NCBI GenBank assembly: GCA_964016885.1 | Contig: OZ024746.1 | Coordinates: forward strand, 52,266,001 to 52,330,000 | Direction: 5' to 3' | From: Eledone cirrhosa | Lineage: Eukaryota | Length of the DNA: 64,000 nucleotides | Part shown: one piece after another, positions 28,901-42,100 of the stretch | Numbering within the stretch: the first letter of the stretch is position 1 | How the letters are laid out: every line of letters starts with the position of its first letter | Translations under genes and position numbers: made by a program | Notes under the pieces: model-generated | Databases searched by the model: none | What the model was told of the DNA's origin: nothing | What the model saw: only the letters and a program-made list of their open reading frames with translations

Positions 28901-30150
28901 TGTTATGGAATTCTATGTATTGGGTATGTTATACTTAGTATGGAGTAGTGTATGGCATAGACTGTTGTATATAGGTGTGTGTTGTATGGTATGGAATGCT
29001 ATGCATTGAGTATGCTATACTTTGTATGGAGTAGTGTATGGTATAGAATGGTGTATATAGGTGTGTGTTGTATGGTATTGAATTCTATGTATGGTGTATG
29101 TTATACTTAATATGGAGTAGTGTATGGTATAGAATGGTGTATATAGGTATGTGTTGTATGGTATGGAATTCTATGAATTGGGTATGTTATATTTAGTATG
29201 GAGTAGTGTATGGTATAGCATGGTGTATATAGGTGTGTGTTGTATGGTATGGAATTCTATATATTGGGTATGTTATATTTAGTATGGAGTAGTGTATGGC
29301 ATAGACTGGTGTATACAGGTGTGTGTTGTATGGTATCGAATGCTATGTATTGGGTATGTTATACTTTGTATGCAGTAGTGTATGGTATAGTATGGTGTAT
29401 ATAGGTGTGTGTTGTATGGAATTCTATGTATTGGGTATGTTATACTTAGTATGGAGTAGTTTATGGTATATAATGGTGTATATAGGTGTGTGTCGTATGG
29501 TATGGAATTCTATGTATTAGGTATGTTATACTGAGTATGGAGTAGTGTATGTTATAGAATGGTGTATATAGGTGTGTGTTGTATGGTATCGAATGCTATG
29601 TATTGGGTATGTTATACTTTGTATGGAGTAGTGTATGGTATAGACTGGTGTATATACGTGTGTGTTGTATGGTATGGAATTCTATGTATTGGGTATGTTA
29701 TACTTAGTATGGAGTAGTGTATGGTATAGAATGCTGTATATAGGTGTGTGTCGTATGGTATGGAATTCTATGTATTAGGTATGTTATACTGAGTATGGAG
29801 TAGTGTATGTTATAGAATGGTGTATATAGGTGTGTGTTGTATGGTATGTAATTCTATGAATTGGGTATGTTATATTTAGTATGGAGTAGTGTATGGTATA
29901 TAACGGTGTATATAGGTGTGTGTTGTATGGTATGGAATTCTATGTATAGGTTATGTTATATTTAGTATGGAGTAGTGTATGGCATAGACTGGTGTATATA
30001 GGTGTGTGTTGTATTGTATGGAATGCTATGTATTGGGTATGTTATACTTTGTATGGAGTAGTGTATGGTATAGAATGGTGTATATAGGTGTGTGTTGTAT
30101 GGTATGGAATTCTATGTATTGGGTATGTTATACTGTGTATGGAGTAGTGT
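22991..30150. repeat. Transition zone: same monomer and variant order, irregular HOR and many singleton substitutions; includes a 26-monomer (2229 bp) recurrence
   Basis: Variants I did not see elsewhere in the window include ATCCTTAATATGGGG (~23441), AGAAAGGTG (~25787), ATAGTCTGG (~26128), GTGCCTTG (~27431), TACGCGTG (~28458), ATGCATTGAGTATGCT (~29001) and TATGCAGTAG (~29369). ORF pairs 26408/28637 and 27094/29323 are offset by 2229. Boundaries are approximate. Confidence 0.7.
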
Positions 30151-33100
30151 ATGGTATAGAATGGTGTATATATGTGTGTGTTGTATGGTATGGAATTCTA
30201 TGTATTAGGTATGTTATACTGAGTTTGGAGTAGTGTATGGTATAGAATGGTGTATATAGGTGTGTGTTGTATGGTATGGAATTCTATGAATTGGGTATGT
30301 TATATTTAGTATGGAGTAGTGTATAGTATAGACTGGTGTATATAGGTGTGTTGTATGCTATGGAATTCTATGTATTGGGTATGTTATACTTAGTATGGAG
30401 TAGTGTATGGTATAGTATGGTGTATATAGGTGTGTGTTGTATGGAATTCTATGTATTGGGTATGTTATACTTAGTATGGAGTATTTTATGGTATATAATG
30501 GTGTATATAGGTGTGTGTTGTATGGTATGGAATTCTATGTATTGATTATGTTAAACTTAGTATGGAGTAGTGTATGGCATAGTATGGTGTATATAGGTGT
30601 GTCTTGTATGGTAAGGAATTCTATGTATTAGGTATGTTATACTTTGAATAGAGTAGTGTATGGTATAGAATGGTGTATATAGGTGTGTGTTGAACGGTAG
30701 GGAATTATATGTATTGGGTATGTTATACTTAATATGGAGTAGTGTATGGTATAGAATGGTGTATATAGGTGTGTGTTGTACGGTATGGAATTCTATGTAT
30801 TAGGTATGTTATACTGAGTATGGAGTAGTGTATGGTATAGAATGGTGTATATAGGTGTGTGTTGTATGGTATGGAATTCTATGAATTGGGTATGTTATAT
30901 TTAGTATGGTGTAATGTATGGTATAGAATGGTGTATATAGGTGTGTGTTGTATGGTATGGAATTCTATGTATTGGGTATGTTATATTTAGTATGGAGTAA
31001 TGTATGGCATAGACTGGTGTATATAGGTGTATGTTGTATGGTATGGAATGCTATGTATTGGGTATGTTATACTTTGTATGGAGTAGTGTATGGTATAGAA
31101 TGGTGTATATAGCTGTGTGTTGTATGGTATGGAATTCTATGTATTGGGTATGTTATACTTAGTATGGAGTAGTGTATGGTATAGAATGGTGTATATAGGT
31201 TGTTGTGGTATGGTATGGAATTCTATATATTGGGTATGTTATCATTAATATGGAGTAGTGTATGGTATAGAATGGTGTATAAAGCAGTGTGTTGTATGGT
31301 ATGGAATTCTATGTATTAGGTATGTTATACTTTGAATAGAGTAGTGTATGACATAGTATGGTATATATAGATGTGTGTTGTACGGTATGGAATTCTATGT
31401 ATTGGGTATGTTATATTTAGTATGGAGTAGTGTATGGTATAGAATGGTGTATATAGGTGTGTGTTGTATGGTATGGAATTCTATGTATTGGTTATGTTAT
31501 ACTTAGTATGGAGTAGTGTATGGTATAGACTGGTGTATATACGTGTGTGTTGTATGGTATGGAATTCTATGTATTGGGTATGTTATACTTAGTATGGAGT
31601 AGTGTATGGTATAGAATGCTGTATATAGGTGTGTGTCGTATGGTATGGAATTCTATGTATTAGGTATGTTATACTGAGTATGGAGTAGTGTATGTTATAG
31701 AATGGTGTATATAGGTGTGTGTTGTATGGTATGTAATTCTATGAATTGGGTATGTTATATTTAGTATGGAGTAGTGTATGGTATATAACGGTGTATATAG
31801 GTGTGTGTTGTATGGTATGGAATTCTATGTATTGGTTATGTTATATTTATTATGGAGTAGTGTATGGCATAGACTCGTGTATATAGGTGTGTGTTGTATT
31901 GTATGGAATGCTATGTATTGGGTATGTTATACAGTGTATGGAGTAGTGTATGGTATAGAATGGTGTATATATGTGTGTGTTGTATGGTATGGAATTCTAT
32001 GTATTAGGTATGTTATATTGAGTTTGGAGTAGTGTATGGTATAGAATGGTGTATATAGGTGTGTGTTGTATGGTATGTAATTCTATGAATTGGGTATGTT
32101 ATATTTAGTATGGAGTAGTGTATGGTATAGACTGGTGTATATAGGTGTGTTGTATGCTATGGAATTCTATGTATTGGGTATGTTATATTTAGTATGGAGT
32201 AGTGTATGGTATAGAATGGTGTATATAGGTGTGTGTTGTATGGTATGGAATTCTATGTATTGGGTATGTTATATTTAGTATGGAGTAGTGTATGGTATAG
32301 AATGGTGTATATAGGTGTGTGTTGTATGGTATGGAATTCTATGTATTGGTTATGTTATACTTAGTATGGAGTAGTGTATGGCATAGACTGTTGTATATAG
32401 GTGTGTGTTGTATGGCATGGAATGCTATGTATTGGGTATGTTATACTTTGTATGGAGTAGTGTAGGGTATAGAATGGTGTATATAGGTGTGTGTTGTATG
32501 GTATTGAATTCTATGTATGGTGTATGTTATACTTAATATGGAGTAGTGTATGGTATAGAATGGTGTATATAGGTGTGTGTTGTATGGTATGGAATTCTAT
32601 GAATTGGGTATGTTATATTTAGTATGGAGTAGTGTATGGTATAGCATGGTGTATATAGGTGTGTGTTGTATGGCATGGAATTCTATATATTGGGTATGTT
32701 ATATTTAGTATGGAGTAGTGTATGGCACAGACTGGTGTATATAGGTGTGTGTTGTATGGTATGGAATGCTATGTATTGGGTATGTTATACTTTGTATGGA
32801 GTAGTGTATGGTATAGTATGGTGTATATAGGTGTGTGTTGTATGGAATTCTATGTATTGGGTATGTTATACTTAGTATGGAGTAGTTTATTGTATATAAT
32901 GGTGTATATAGGTGTGTGTTGTATGGCATGGAATTCTATGTATTGATTATGTTAAACTTAGTATGGAGTAGTGTATGGCATAGAATGGTGTATATAGGTG
33001 TGTGTTGTATGGTATGGAATTCTATGTATTCGGTATGTTATACTTAGTATGGAGTAGTGTATGGGATAGTATGGTGTATATAGGTGTGTCTTGTATGGTA

Positions 33101-36100
33101 AGGAATTCTATGTATTAGGTATGTTATACTTTGAATAGAGTAGTGTATGGTATAGAATGGTGTATATAGGTGTGTGTTGAATGGTAGGGAATTATATGTA
33201 TTGGGTATGTTATACTTAATATGGAGTAGTGTATGGTATAGAATGGTGTATATAGGTGTGTGTTGTACGGTATGGAATTCTATGTATTAGGTATGTTATA
33301 CTGAGTATGGAGTAGTGTATGGTATAGAATGGTGTATATAGGTGTGTGTTGTATGGTATGGAATTCTATGAATTGGGTATGTTATATTTAGTATGGAGTA
33401 ATGTATGGTATAGAATGGTGTATATAGGTGTGTGTTGTATGGTATTGAATTCTATGTATTGAGTATGTTATATTTAGTATGGAGTAGTGTATGGCATAGA
33501 CTGGTGTATATAGGTGTGTGTTGTATGGTATGGAATGCTATGTATTGGGTATGTTATACTTTGTATGGAGTAGTGTATGGTATAGAATGGTGTATATAGG
33601 TGTGTGTTGTATGGTATGGAATTCTATGTATTGGGTATGTTATACTTAGTATGGAGTAGTGTATGGTATAGAATGGTGTATATAGGTGTGTGTTGTATGG
33701 TATGGAATGCTATGTATTGGGTATGTTATACTGAGTTTGGAGTAGTGTATGGTATAGAATGGTGTATATAGGTGTGTGTTGTATGGTATGGAATTCTATG
33801 AATTGGGTATGTTATATTTAGTATGGAGTAGTGTATGGTATAGACTGGTCTATATAGGTGTGTTGTATGCTCTGGAATTCTATGTATTGGGTATGTTATA
33901 CTTAGTATGGAGTAGTGTATGGTATAGAATGGTGTATATAGGTGTGTGTTGTATGGTATGGAATTCTATGTATTGGGTATGTTATATTTAGTATGGAGTA
34001 GTGTATGGTATAGAATGGTGTATATAGGTGTGTGTTGTATGGTATGGAATTCAATGTATTGGGTGTGTTATATTTAGTATGGAGTAGTGTATGGCATAGA
34101 CTGGTGTATATAGGTGTGTGTTGTATGGTATCGAATGCTATGTATTGGGTATGTTATACTTTGTATGGAGTAGTGTATGGTATAGTATGGTGTATATAGG
34201 TGTGTGTTGTATGGAATTCTATGTATTGGGTATGTTATACTTAGTATGGAGTATTTTCTGGTATATAATGGTGTATATAGGTGTGTGTTGTATGGTATGG
34301 AATTCTATGTATTGATTATGTTAAACTTAGTATGGAGTAGTGTATGGCATAGAATGGTGTATATAGGTGTGTCTTGTATGGTATGGAATTCTATATTTTC
34401 GGTATGTTATACTTAGTATGGAGTAGTGTATGGTATAGTATGGTGTATATAGGTGTGTCTTGTATGGTAAGGAATTCTATGTATTAGGTATGTTATACTT
34501 TGAATAGAGTAGTGTATGGTATAGAATGGTGTATATAGGTGTGTGTTGAACGGTAGGGAATTATATGTATTGGGTATGTTATACTTAATATGGAGTAGTG
34601 TATGGTATAGAATGGTGTATATAGGTGTGTGTTGTACGGTATGGAATTCTATGTATTAGGTATGTTATACTGAGTATGGAGTAGTGTATGGTATAGAATG
34701 GTGTATATAGGTGTGTGTTGTATGGTATGGAATTCTATGAATTGGGTATGTTATATTTAGTATGGTGTAATGTATGGTATAGAATGGTGTATATAGGTGT
34801 GTGTTGTATGGTATGGAATTCTATGTATTGGGTATGTTATATTTAGTATGGAGTAATGTATGGCATAGACTGGTGTATATAGGTGTATGTTGTATGGTAT
34901 GGAATGCTATGTATTGGGTATGTTATACTTTGTATGGAGTAGTGTATGGTATAGAATGGTGTATATAGCTGTGTGTTGTATGGTATGGAATTCTATGTAT
35001 TGGGTATGTTATACTTAGTATGGAGTAGTGTATGGTATAGAATGGTGTATATAGGTTGTTGTGGTATGGTATGGAATTCTATATATTGGGTATGTTATCA
35101 TTAATATGGAGTAGTGTATGGTATAGAATGGTGTATAAAGCAGTGTGTTGTATGGTATGGAATTCTATGTATTAGGTATGTTATACTTTGAATAGAGTAG
35201 TGTATGACATAGTATGGTATATATAGATGTGTGTTGTACGGTATGGAATTCTATGTATTGGGTATGTTATATTTAGTATGGAGTAGTGTATGGTATAGAA
35301 TGGTGTATATAGGTGTGTGTTGTATGGTATGGAATTCTATGTATTGGTTATGTTATACTTAGTATGGAGTAGTGTATGGTATAGACTGGTGTATATACGT
35401 GTGTGTTGTATGGTATGGAATTCTATGTATTGGGTATGTTATACTTAGTATGGAGTAGTGTATGGTATAGAATGCTGTATATAGGTGTGTGTCGTATGGT
35501 ATGGAATTCTATGTATTAGGTATGTTATACTGAGTATGGAGTAGTGTATGTTATAGAATGGTGTATATAGGTGTGTGTTGTATGGTATGTAATTCTATGA
35601 ATTGGGTATGTTATATTTAGTATGGAGTAGTGTATGGTATATAACGGTGTATATAGGTGTGTGTTGTATGGTATGGAATTCTATGTATTGGTTATGTTAT
35701 ATTTATTATGGAGTAGTGTATGGCATAGACTGTTGTATATAGGTGTGTGTTGTATGGCATGGAATGCTATGTATTGGGTATGTTATACTTTGTATGGAGT
35801 AGTGTATGGTATAGAATGGTGTATATAGGTGTGTGTTGTATGGTATTGAATTCTATGTATGGTGTATGTTATACTTAATATGGAGTAGTGTATGGTATAG
35901 AATGGTGTATATAGGTGTGTGTTGTATGGTATGGAATTCTATGAATTGGGTATGTTATATTTAGTATGGAGTAGTGTATGGTATAGCATGGTGTATATAG
36001 GTGTGTGTTGTATGGCATGGAATTCTATATATTGGGTATGTTATATTTAGTATGGAGTAGTGTATGGCACAGACTGGTGTATATAGGTGTGTGTTGTATG

Positions 36101-39100
36101 GTATGGAATGCTATGTATTGGGTATGTTATACTTTGTATGGAGTAGTGTATGGTATAGTATGGTGTATATAGGTGTGTGTTGTATGGAATTCTATGTATT
36201 GGGTATGTTATACTTAGTATGGAGTAGTTTATTCTATATAATGGTGTATATAGGTGTGTGTTGTATGGTATGGAATTCTATGTATTGATTATGTTAAACT
36301 TAGTATGGAGTAGTGTATGGCATAGAATGGTGTATATAGGTGTGTGTTGTATGGTATGGAATTTTATGTATTCGGTATGTTATACTTAGTATGGAGTAGT
36401 GTATGGGATAGTATGGTGTATATAGGTGTGTCTTGTATGGTAAGGAATTCTATGTATTAGGTATGTTATACTTTGAATAGAGTAGTGTATGGTATAGAAT
36501 GGTGTATATAGGTGTGTGTTGAATGGTAGGGAATTATATGTATTGGGTATGTTATACTTAATATGGAGTAGTGTATGGTATAGAATGGTGTATATAGGTG
36601 TGTGTTGTACGGTATGGAATTCTATGTATTAGGTATGTTATACTGAGTATGGAGTAGTGTATGGTATAGAATGGTGTATATAGGTGTGTGTTGTATGGTA
36701 TGGAATTCTATGAATTGGGTATGTTATATTTAGTATGGAGTAATGTATGGTATAGAATGGTGTATATAGGTGTGTGTTGTATGGTATTGAATTCTATGTA
36801 TTGAGTATGTTATATTTAGTATGGAGTAGTGTATGGCATAGACTGGTGTATATAGGTGTGTGTTGTATGGTATGGAATGCTATGTATTGGGTATGTTATA
36901 CTTTGTATGGAGTAGTGTATGGTATAGAATGGTGTATATAGGTGTGTGTTGTATGGTATGGAATTCTATGTATTGGGTATGTTATACTTAGTATGGAGTA
37001 GTGTATGGTATAGAATGGTGTATATAGGTGTGTGTTGTATGGTATGGAATGCTATGTATTGGGTATGTTATACTGAGTTTGGAGTAGTGTATGGTATAGA
37101 ATGGTGTATATAGGTGTGTGTTGTATGGTATGGAATTCTATGAATTGGGTATGTTATATTTAGTATGGAGTAGTGTATGGTATAGACTGGTCTATATAGG
37201 TGTGTTGTATGCTCTGGAATTCTATGTATTGGGTATGTTATACTTAGTATGGAGTAGTGTATGGTATAGAATGGTGTATATAGGTGTGTGTTGTATGGTA
37301 TGGAATTCTATGTATTGGGTATGTTATATTTAGTATGGAGTAATGTATGGCATAGACTGGTGTATATAGGTGTATGTTGTATGGTATGGAATGCTATGTA
37401 TTGGGTATGTTATACTTTGTATGGAGTAGTGTATGGTATAGAATGGTGTATATAGCTGTGTGTTGTATGGTATGGAATTCTATGTATTGGGTATGTTATA
37501 CTTAGTATGGAGTAGTGTATGGTAAAGAATGGTGTATATAGGTTGTTGTGGTATGGTATGGAATTCTATATATTGGGTATGTTATCATTAATATGGAGTA
37601 GTGTATGGTATAGAATGGTGTATAAAGCAGTGTGTTGTATGGTATGGAATTCTATGTATTAGGTATGTTATACTTTGAATAGAGTAGTGTATGACATAGT
37701 ATGGTATATATAGATGTGTGTTGTACGGTATGGAATTCTATGTATTGGGTATGTTATATTTAGTATGGAGTAGTGTATGGTATAGAATGGTGTATATAGG
37801 TGTGTGTTGTATGGTATGGAATTCTATGTATTGGTTATGTTATACTTAGTATGGAGTAGTGTATGGTATAGACTGGTGTATATACGTGTGTGTTGTATGG
37901 TATGGAATTCTATGTATTGGGTATGTTATACTTAGTATGGAGTAGTGTATGGTATAGAATGCTGTATATAGGTGTGTGTCGTATGGTATGGAATTCTATG
38001 TATTAGGTATGTTATACTGAGTATGGAGTAGTGTATGTTATAGAATGGTGTATATAGGTGTGTGTTGTATGGTATGTAATTCTATGAATTGGGTATGTTA
38101 TATTTAGTATGGAGTAGTGTATGGTATATAACGGTGTATATAGGTGTGTGTTGTATGGTATGGAATTCTATGTATTGGTTATGTTATATTTATTATGGAG
38201 TAGTGTATGGCATAGACTGTTGTATATAGGTGTGTGTTGTATGGCATGGAATGCTATGTATTGGGTATGTTATACTTTGTATGGAGTAGTGTATGGTATA
38301 GAATGGTGTATATAGGTGTGTGTTGTATGGTATTGAATTCTATGTATGGTGTATGTTATACTTAATATGGAGTAGTGTATGGTATAGAATGGTGTATATA
38401 GGTGTGTGTTGTATGGTATGGAATTCTATGAATTGGGTATGTTATATTTAGTATGGAGTAGTGTATGGTATAGCATGGTGTATATAGGTGTGTGTTGTAT
38501 GGCATGGAATTCTATATATTGGGTATGTTATATTTAGTATGGAGTAGTGTATGGCACAGACTGGTGTATATAGGTGTGTGTTGTATGGTATGGAATGCTA
38601 TGTATTGGGTATGTTATACTTTGTATGGAGTAGTGTATGGTATAGTATGGTGTATATAGGTGTGTGTTGTATGGAATTCTATGTATTGGGTATGTTATAC
38701 TTAGTATGGAGTAGTTTATTCTATATAATGGTGTATATAGGTGTGTGTTGTATGGTATGGAATTCTATGTATTGATTATGTTAAACTTAGTATGGAGTAG
38801 TGTATGGCATAGAATGGTGTATATAGGTGTGTGTTGTATGGTATGGAATTTTATGTATTCGGTATGTTATACTTAGTATGGAGTAGTGTATGGGATAGTA
38901 TGGTGTATATAGGTGTGTCTTGTATGGTAAGGAATTCTATGTATTAGGTATGTTATACTTTGAATAGAGTAGTGTATGGTATAGAATGGTGTATATAGGT
39001 GTGTGTTGAATGGTAGGGAATTATATGTATTGGGTATGTTATACTTAATATGGAGTAGTGTATGGTATAGAATGGTGTATATAGGTGTGTGTTGTACGGT

Positions 39101-42100
39101 ATGGAATTCTATGTATTAGGTATGTTATACTGAGTATGGAGTAGTGTATGGTATAGAATGGTGTATATAGGTGTGTGTTGTATGGTATGGAATTCTATGA
39201 ATTGGGTATGTTATATTTAGTATGGAGTAATGTATGGTATAGAATGGTGTATATAGGTGTGTGTTGTATGGTATTGAATTCTATGTATTGAGTATGTTAT
39301 ATTTAGTATGGAGTAGTGTATGGCATAGACTGGTGTATATAGGTGTGTGTTGTATGGTATGGAATGCTATGTATTGGGTATGTTATACTTTGTATGGAGT
39401 AGTGTATGGTATAGAATGGTGTATATAGGTGTGTGTTGTATGGTATGGAATTCTATGTATTGGGTATGTTATACTTAGTATGGAGTAGTGTATGGTATAG
39501 AATGGTGTATATAGGTGTGTGTTGTATGGTATGGAATGCTATGTATTGGGTATGTTATACTGAGTTTGGAGTAGTGTATGGTATAGAATGGTGTATATAG
39601 GTGTGTGTTGTATGGTATGGAATTCTATGAATTGGGTATGTTATATTTAGTATGGAGTAGTGTATGGTATAGACTGGTCTATATAGGTGTGTTGTATGCT
39701 CTGGAATTCTATGTATTGGGTATGTTATACTTAGTATGGAGTAGTGTATGGTATAGAATGGTGTATATAGGTGTGTGTTGTATGGTATGGAATTCTATGT
39801 ATTGGGTATGTTATATTTAGTATGGAGTAGTGTATGGTATAGAATGGTGTATATAGGTGTGTGTTGTATGGTATGGAATTCAATGTATTGGGTGTGTTAT
39901 ACTTAGTATGGAGTAGTGTATGGCATAGACTGTTGTATATAGGTGTCTGTTGTATGGTATGGAATGCTATGTATTGGGTATGTTATACTTTGTATGGAGT
40001 AGTGTATGGTATAGAATGGTGTATATAGGTGTGTGTTGTATGGTATTGAATTCTATGTATGGTGTATGTTATACTTAATATGGAGTAGTGTATGGTATAG
40101 AATGGTGTATATAGGTGTGTGTTGTATGGTATGGAATTCTATGAATTGGGTATGTTATATTTAGTATGGAGTAGTGTATGGTATAGCATGGTGTATATAG
40201 CTGTGTGTTGTATGGTATGGAATTCTATATATTGGGTATGTTATATTTAGTATGGAGTAGTGTATGGCATAGACTGGTGTATATAGGTGTGTGTTGTATG
40301 GTATCGAATGCTATGTATTGGGTATGTTATACTTTGTATGGAGTAGTGTATGGTATAGTATGGTGTATATAGGTGTGTGTTGTATGGAATTCTATGTATT
40401 GGGTATGTTATACTTAGTATGGAGTATTTTCTGGTATATAATGGTGTATATAGGTGTTTGTTGTATGGTATGGAATTCTATGTATTGATTATGTTAAACT
40501 TAGTATGGAGTAGTGTATGGCATAGAATGGTGTATATAGGTGTGTCTTGTATGGTATGGAATTCTATATTTTCGGTATGTTATACTTAGTATGGAGTAGT
40601 GTATGGTATAGTATGGTGTATATAGGTGTGTCTTGTATGGTAAGGAATTCTATGTATTAGGTATGTTATACTTTGAATAGAGTAGTGTATGGTATAGAAT
40701 GGTGTATATAGGTGTGTGTTGAACGGTAGGGAATTATATGTATTGGGTATGTTATACTTAATATGGAGTAGTGTATGGTATAGAATGGTGTATATAGGTG
40801 TGTGTTGTACGGTATGGAATTCTATGTATTAGGTATGTTATACTGAGTATGGAGTAGTGTATGGTATAGAATGGTGTATATAGGTGTGTGTTGTATGGTA
40901 TGGAATTCTATGAATTGGGTATGTTATATTTAGTATGGTGTAATGTATGGTATAGAATGGTGTATATAGGTGTGTGTTGTATGGTATGGAATTCTATGTA
41001 TTGGGTATGTTATATTTAGTATGGAGTAATGTATGGCATAGACTGGTGTATATAGGTGTATGTTGTATGGTATGGAATGCTATGTATTGGGTATGTTATA
41101 CTTTGTATGGAGTAGTGTATGGTATAGAATGGTGTATATAGCTGTGTGTTGTATGGTATGGAATTCTATGTATTGGGTATGTTATACTTAGTATGGAGTA
41201 GTGTATGGTATAGAATGGTGTATATAGGTTGTTGTGGTATGGTATGGAATTCTATATATTGGGTATGTTATCATTAATATGGAGTAGTGTATGGTATAGA
41301 ATGGTGTATAAAGCAGTGTGTTGTATGGTATGGAATTCTATGTATTAGGTATGTTATACTTTGAATAGAGTAGTGTATGACATAGTATGGTATATATAGA
41401 TGTGTGTTGTACGGTATGGAATTCTATGTATTGGGTATGTTATATTTAGTATGGAGTAGTGTATGGTATAGAATGGTGTATATAGGTGTGTGTTGTATGG
41501 TATGGAATTCTATGTATTGGTTATGTTATACTTAGTATGGAGTAGTGTATGGTATAGACTGGTGTATATACGTGTGTGTTGTATGGTATGGAATTCTATG
41601 TATTGGGTATGTTATACTTAGTATGGAGTAGTGTATGGTATAGAATGCTGTATATAGGTGTGTGTCGTATGGTATGGAATTCTATGTATTAGGTATGTTA
41701 TACTGAGTATGGAGTAGTGTATGTTATAGAATGGTGTATATAGGTGTGTGTTGTATGGTATGTAATTCTATGAATTGGGTATGTTATATTTAGTATGGAG
41801 TAGTGTATGGTATATAACGGTGTATATAGGTGTGTGTTGTATGGTATGGAATTCTATGTATTGGTTATGTTATATTTATTATGGAGTAGTGTATGGCATA
41901 GACTGTTGTATATAGGTGTGTGTTGTATGGCATGGAATGCTATGTATTGGGTATGTTATACTTTGTATGGAGTAGTGTATGGTATAGTATGGTGTATATA
42001 GGTGTGTGTTGTATGGTATTGAATTCTATGTATGGTGTATGTTATACTTAATATGGAGTAGTGTATGGTATAGAATGGTGTATATAGGTGTGTGTTGTAT

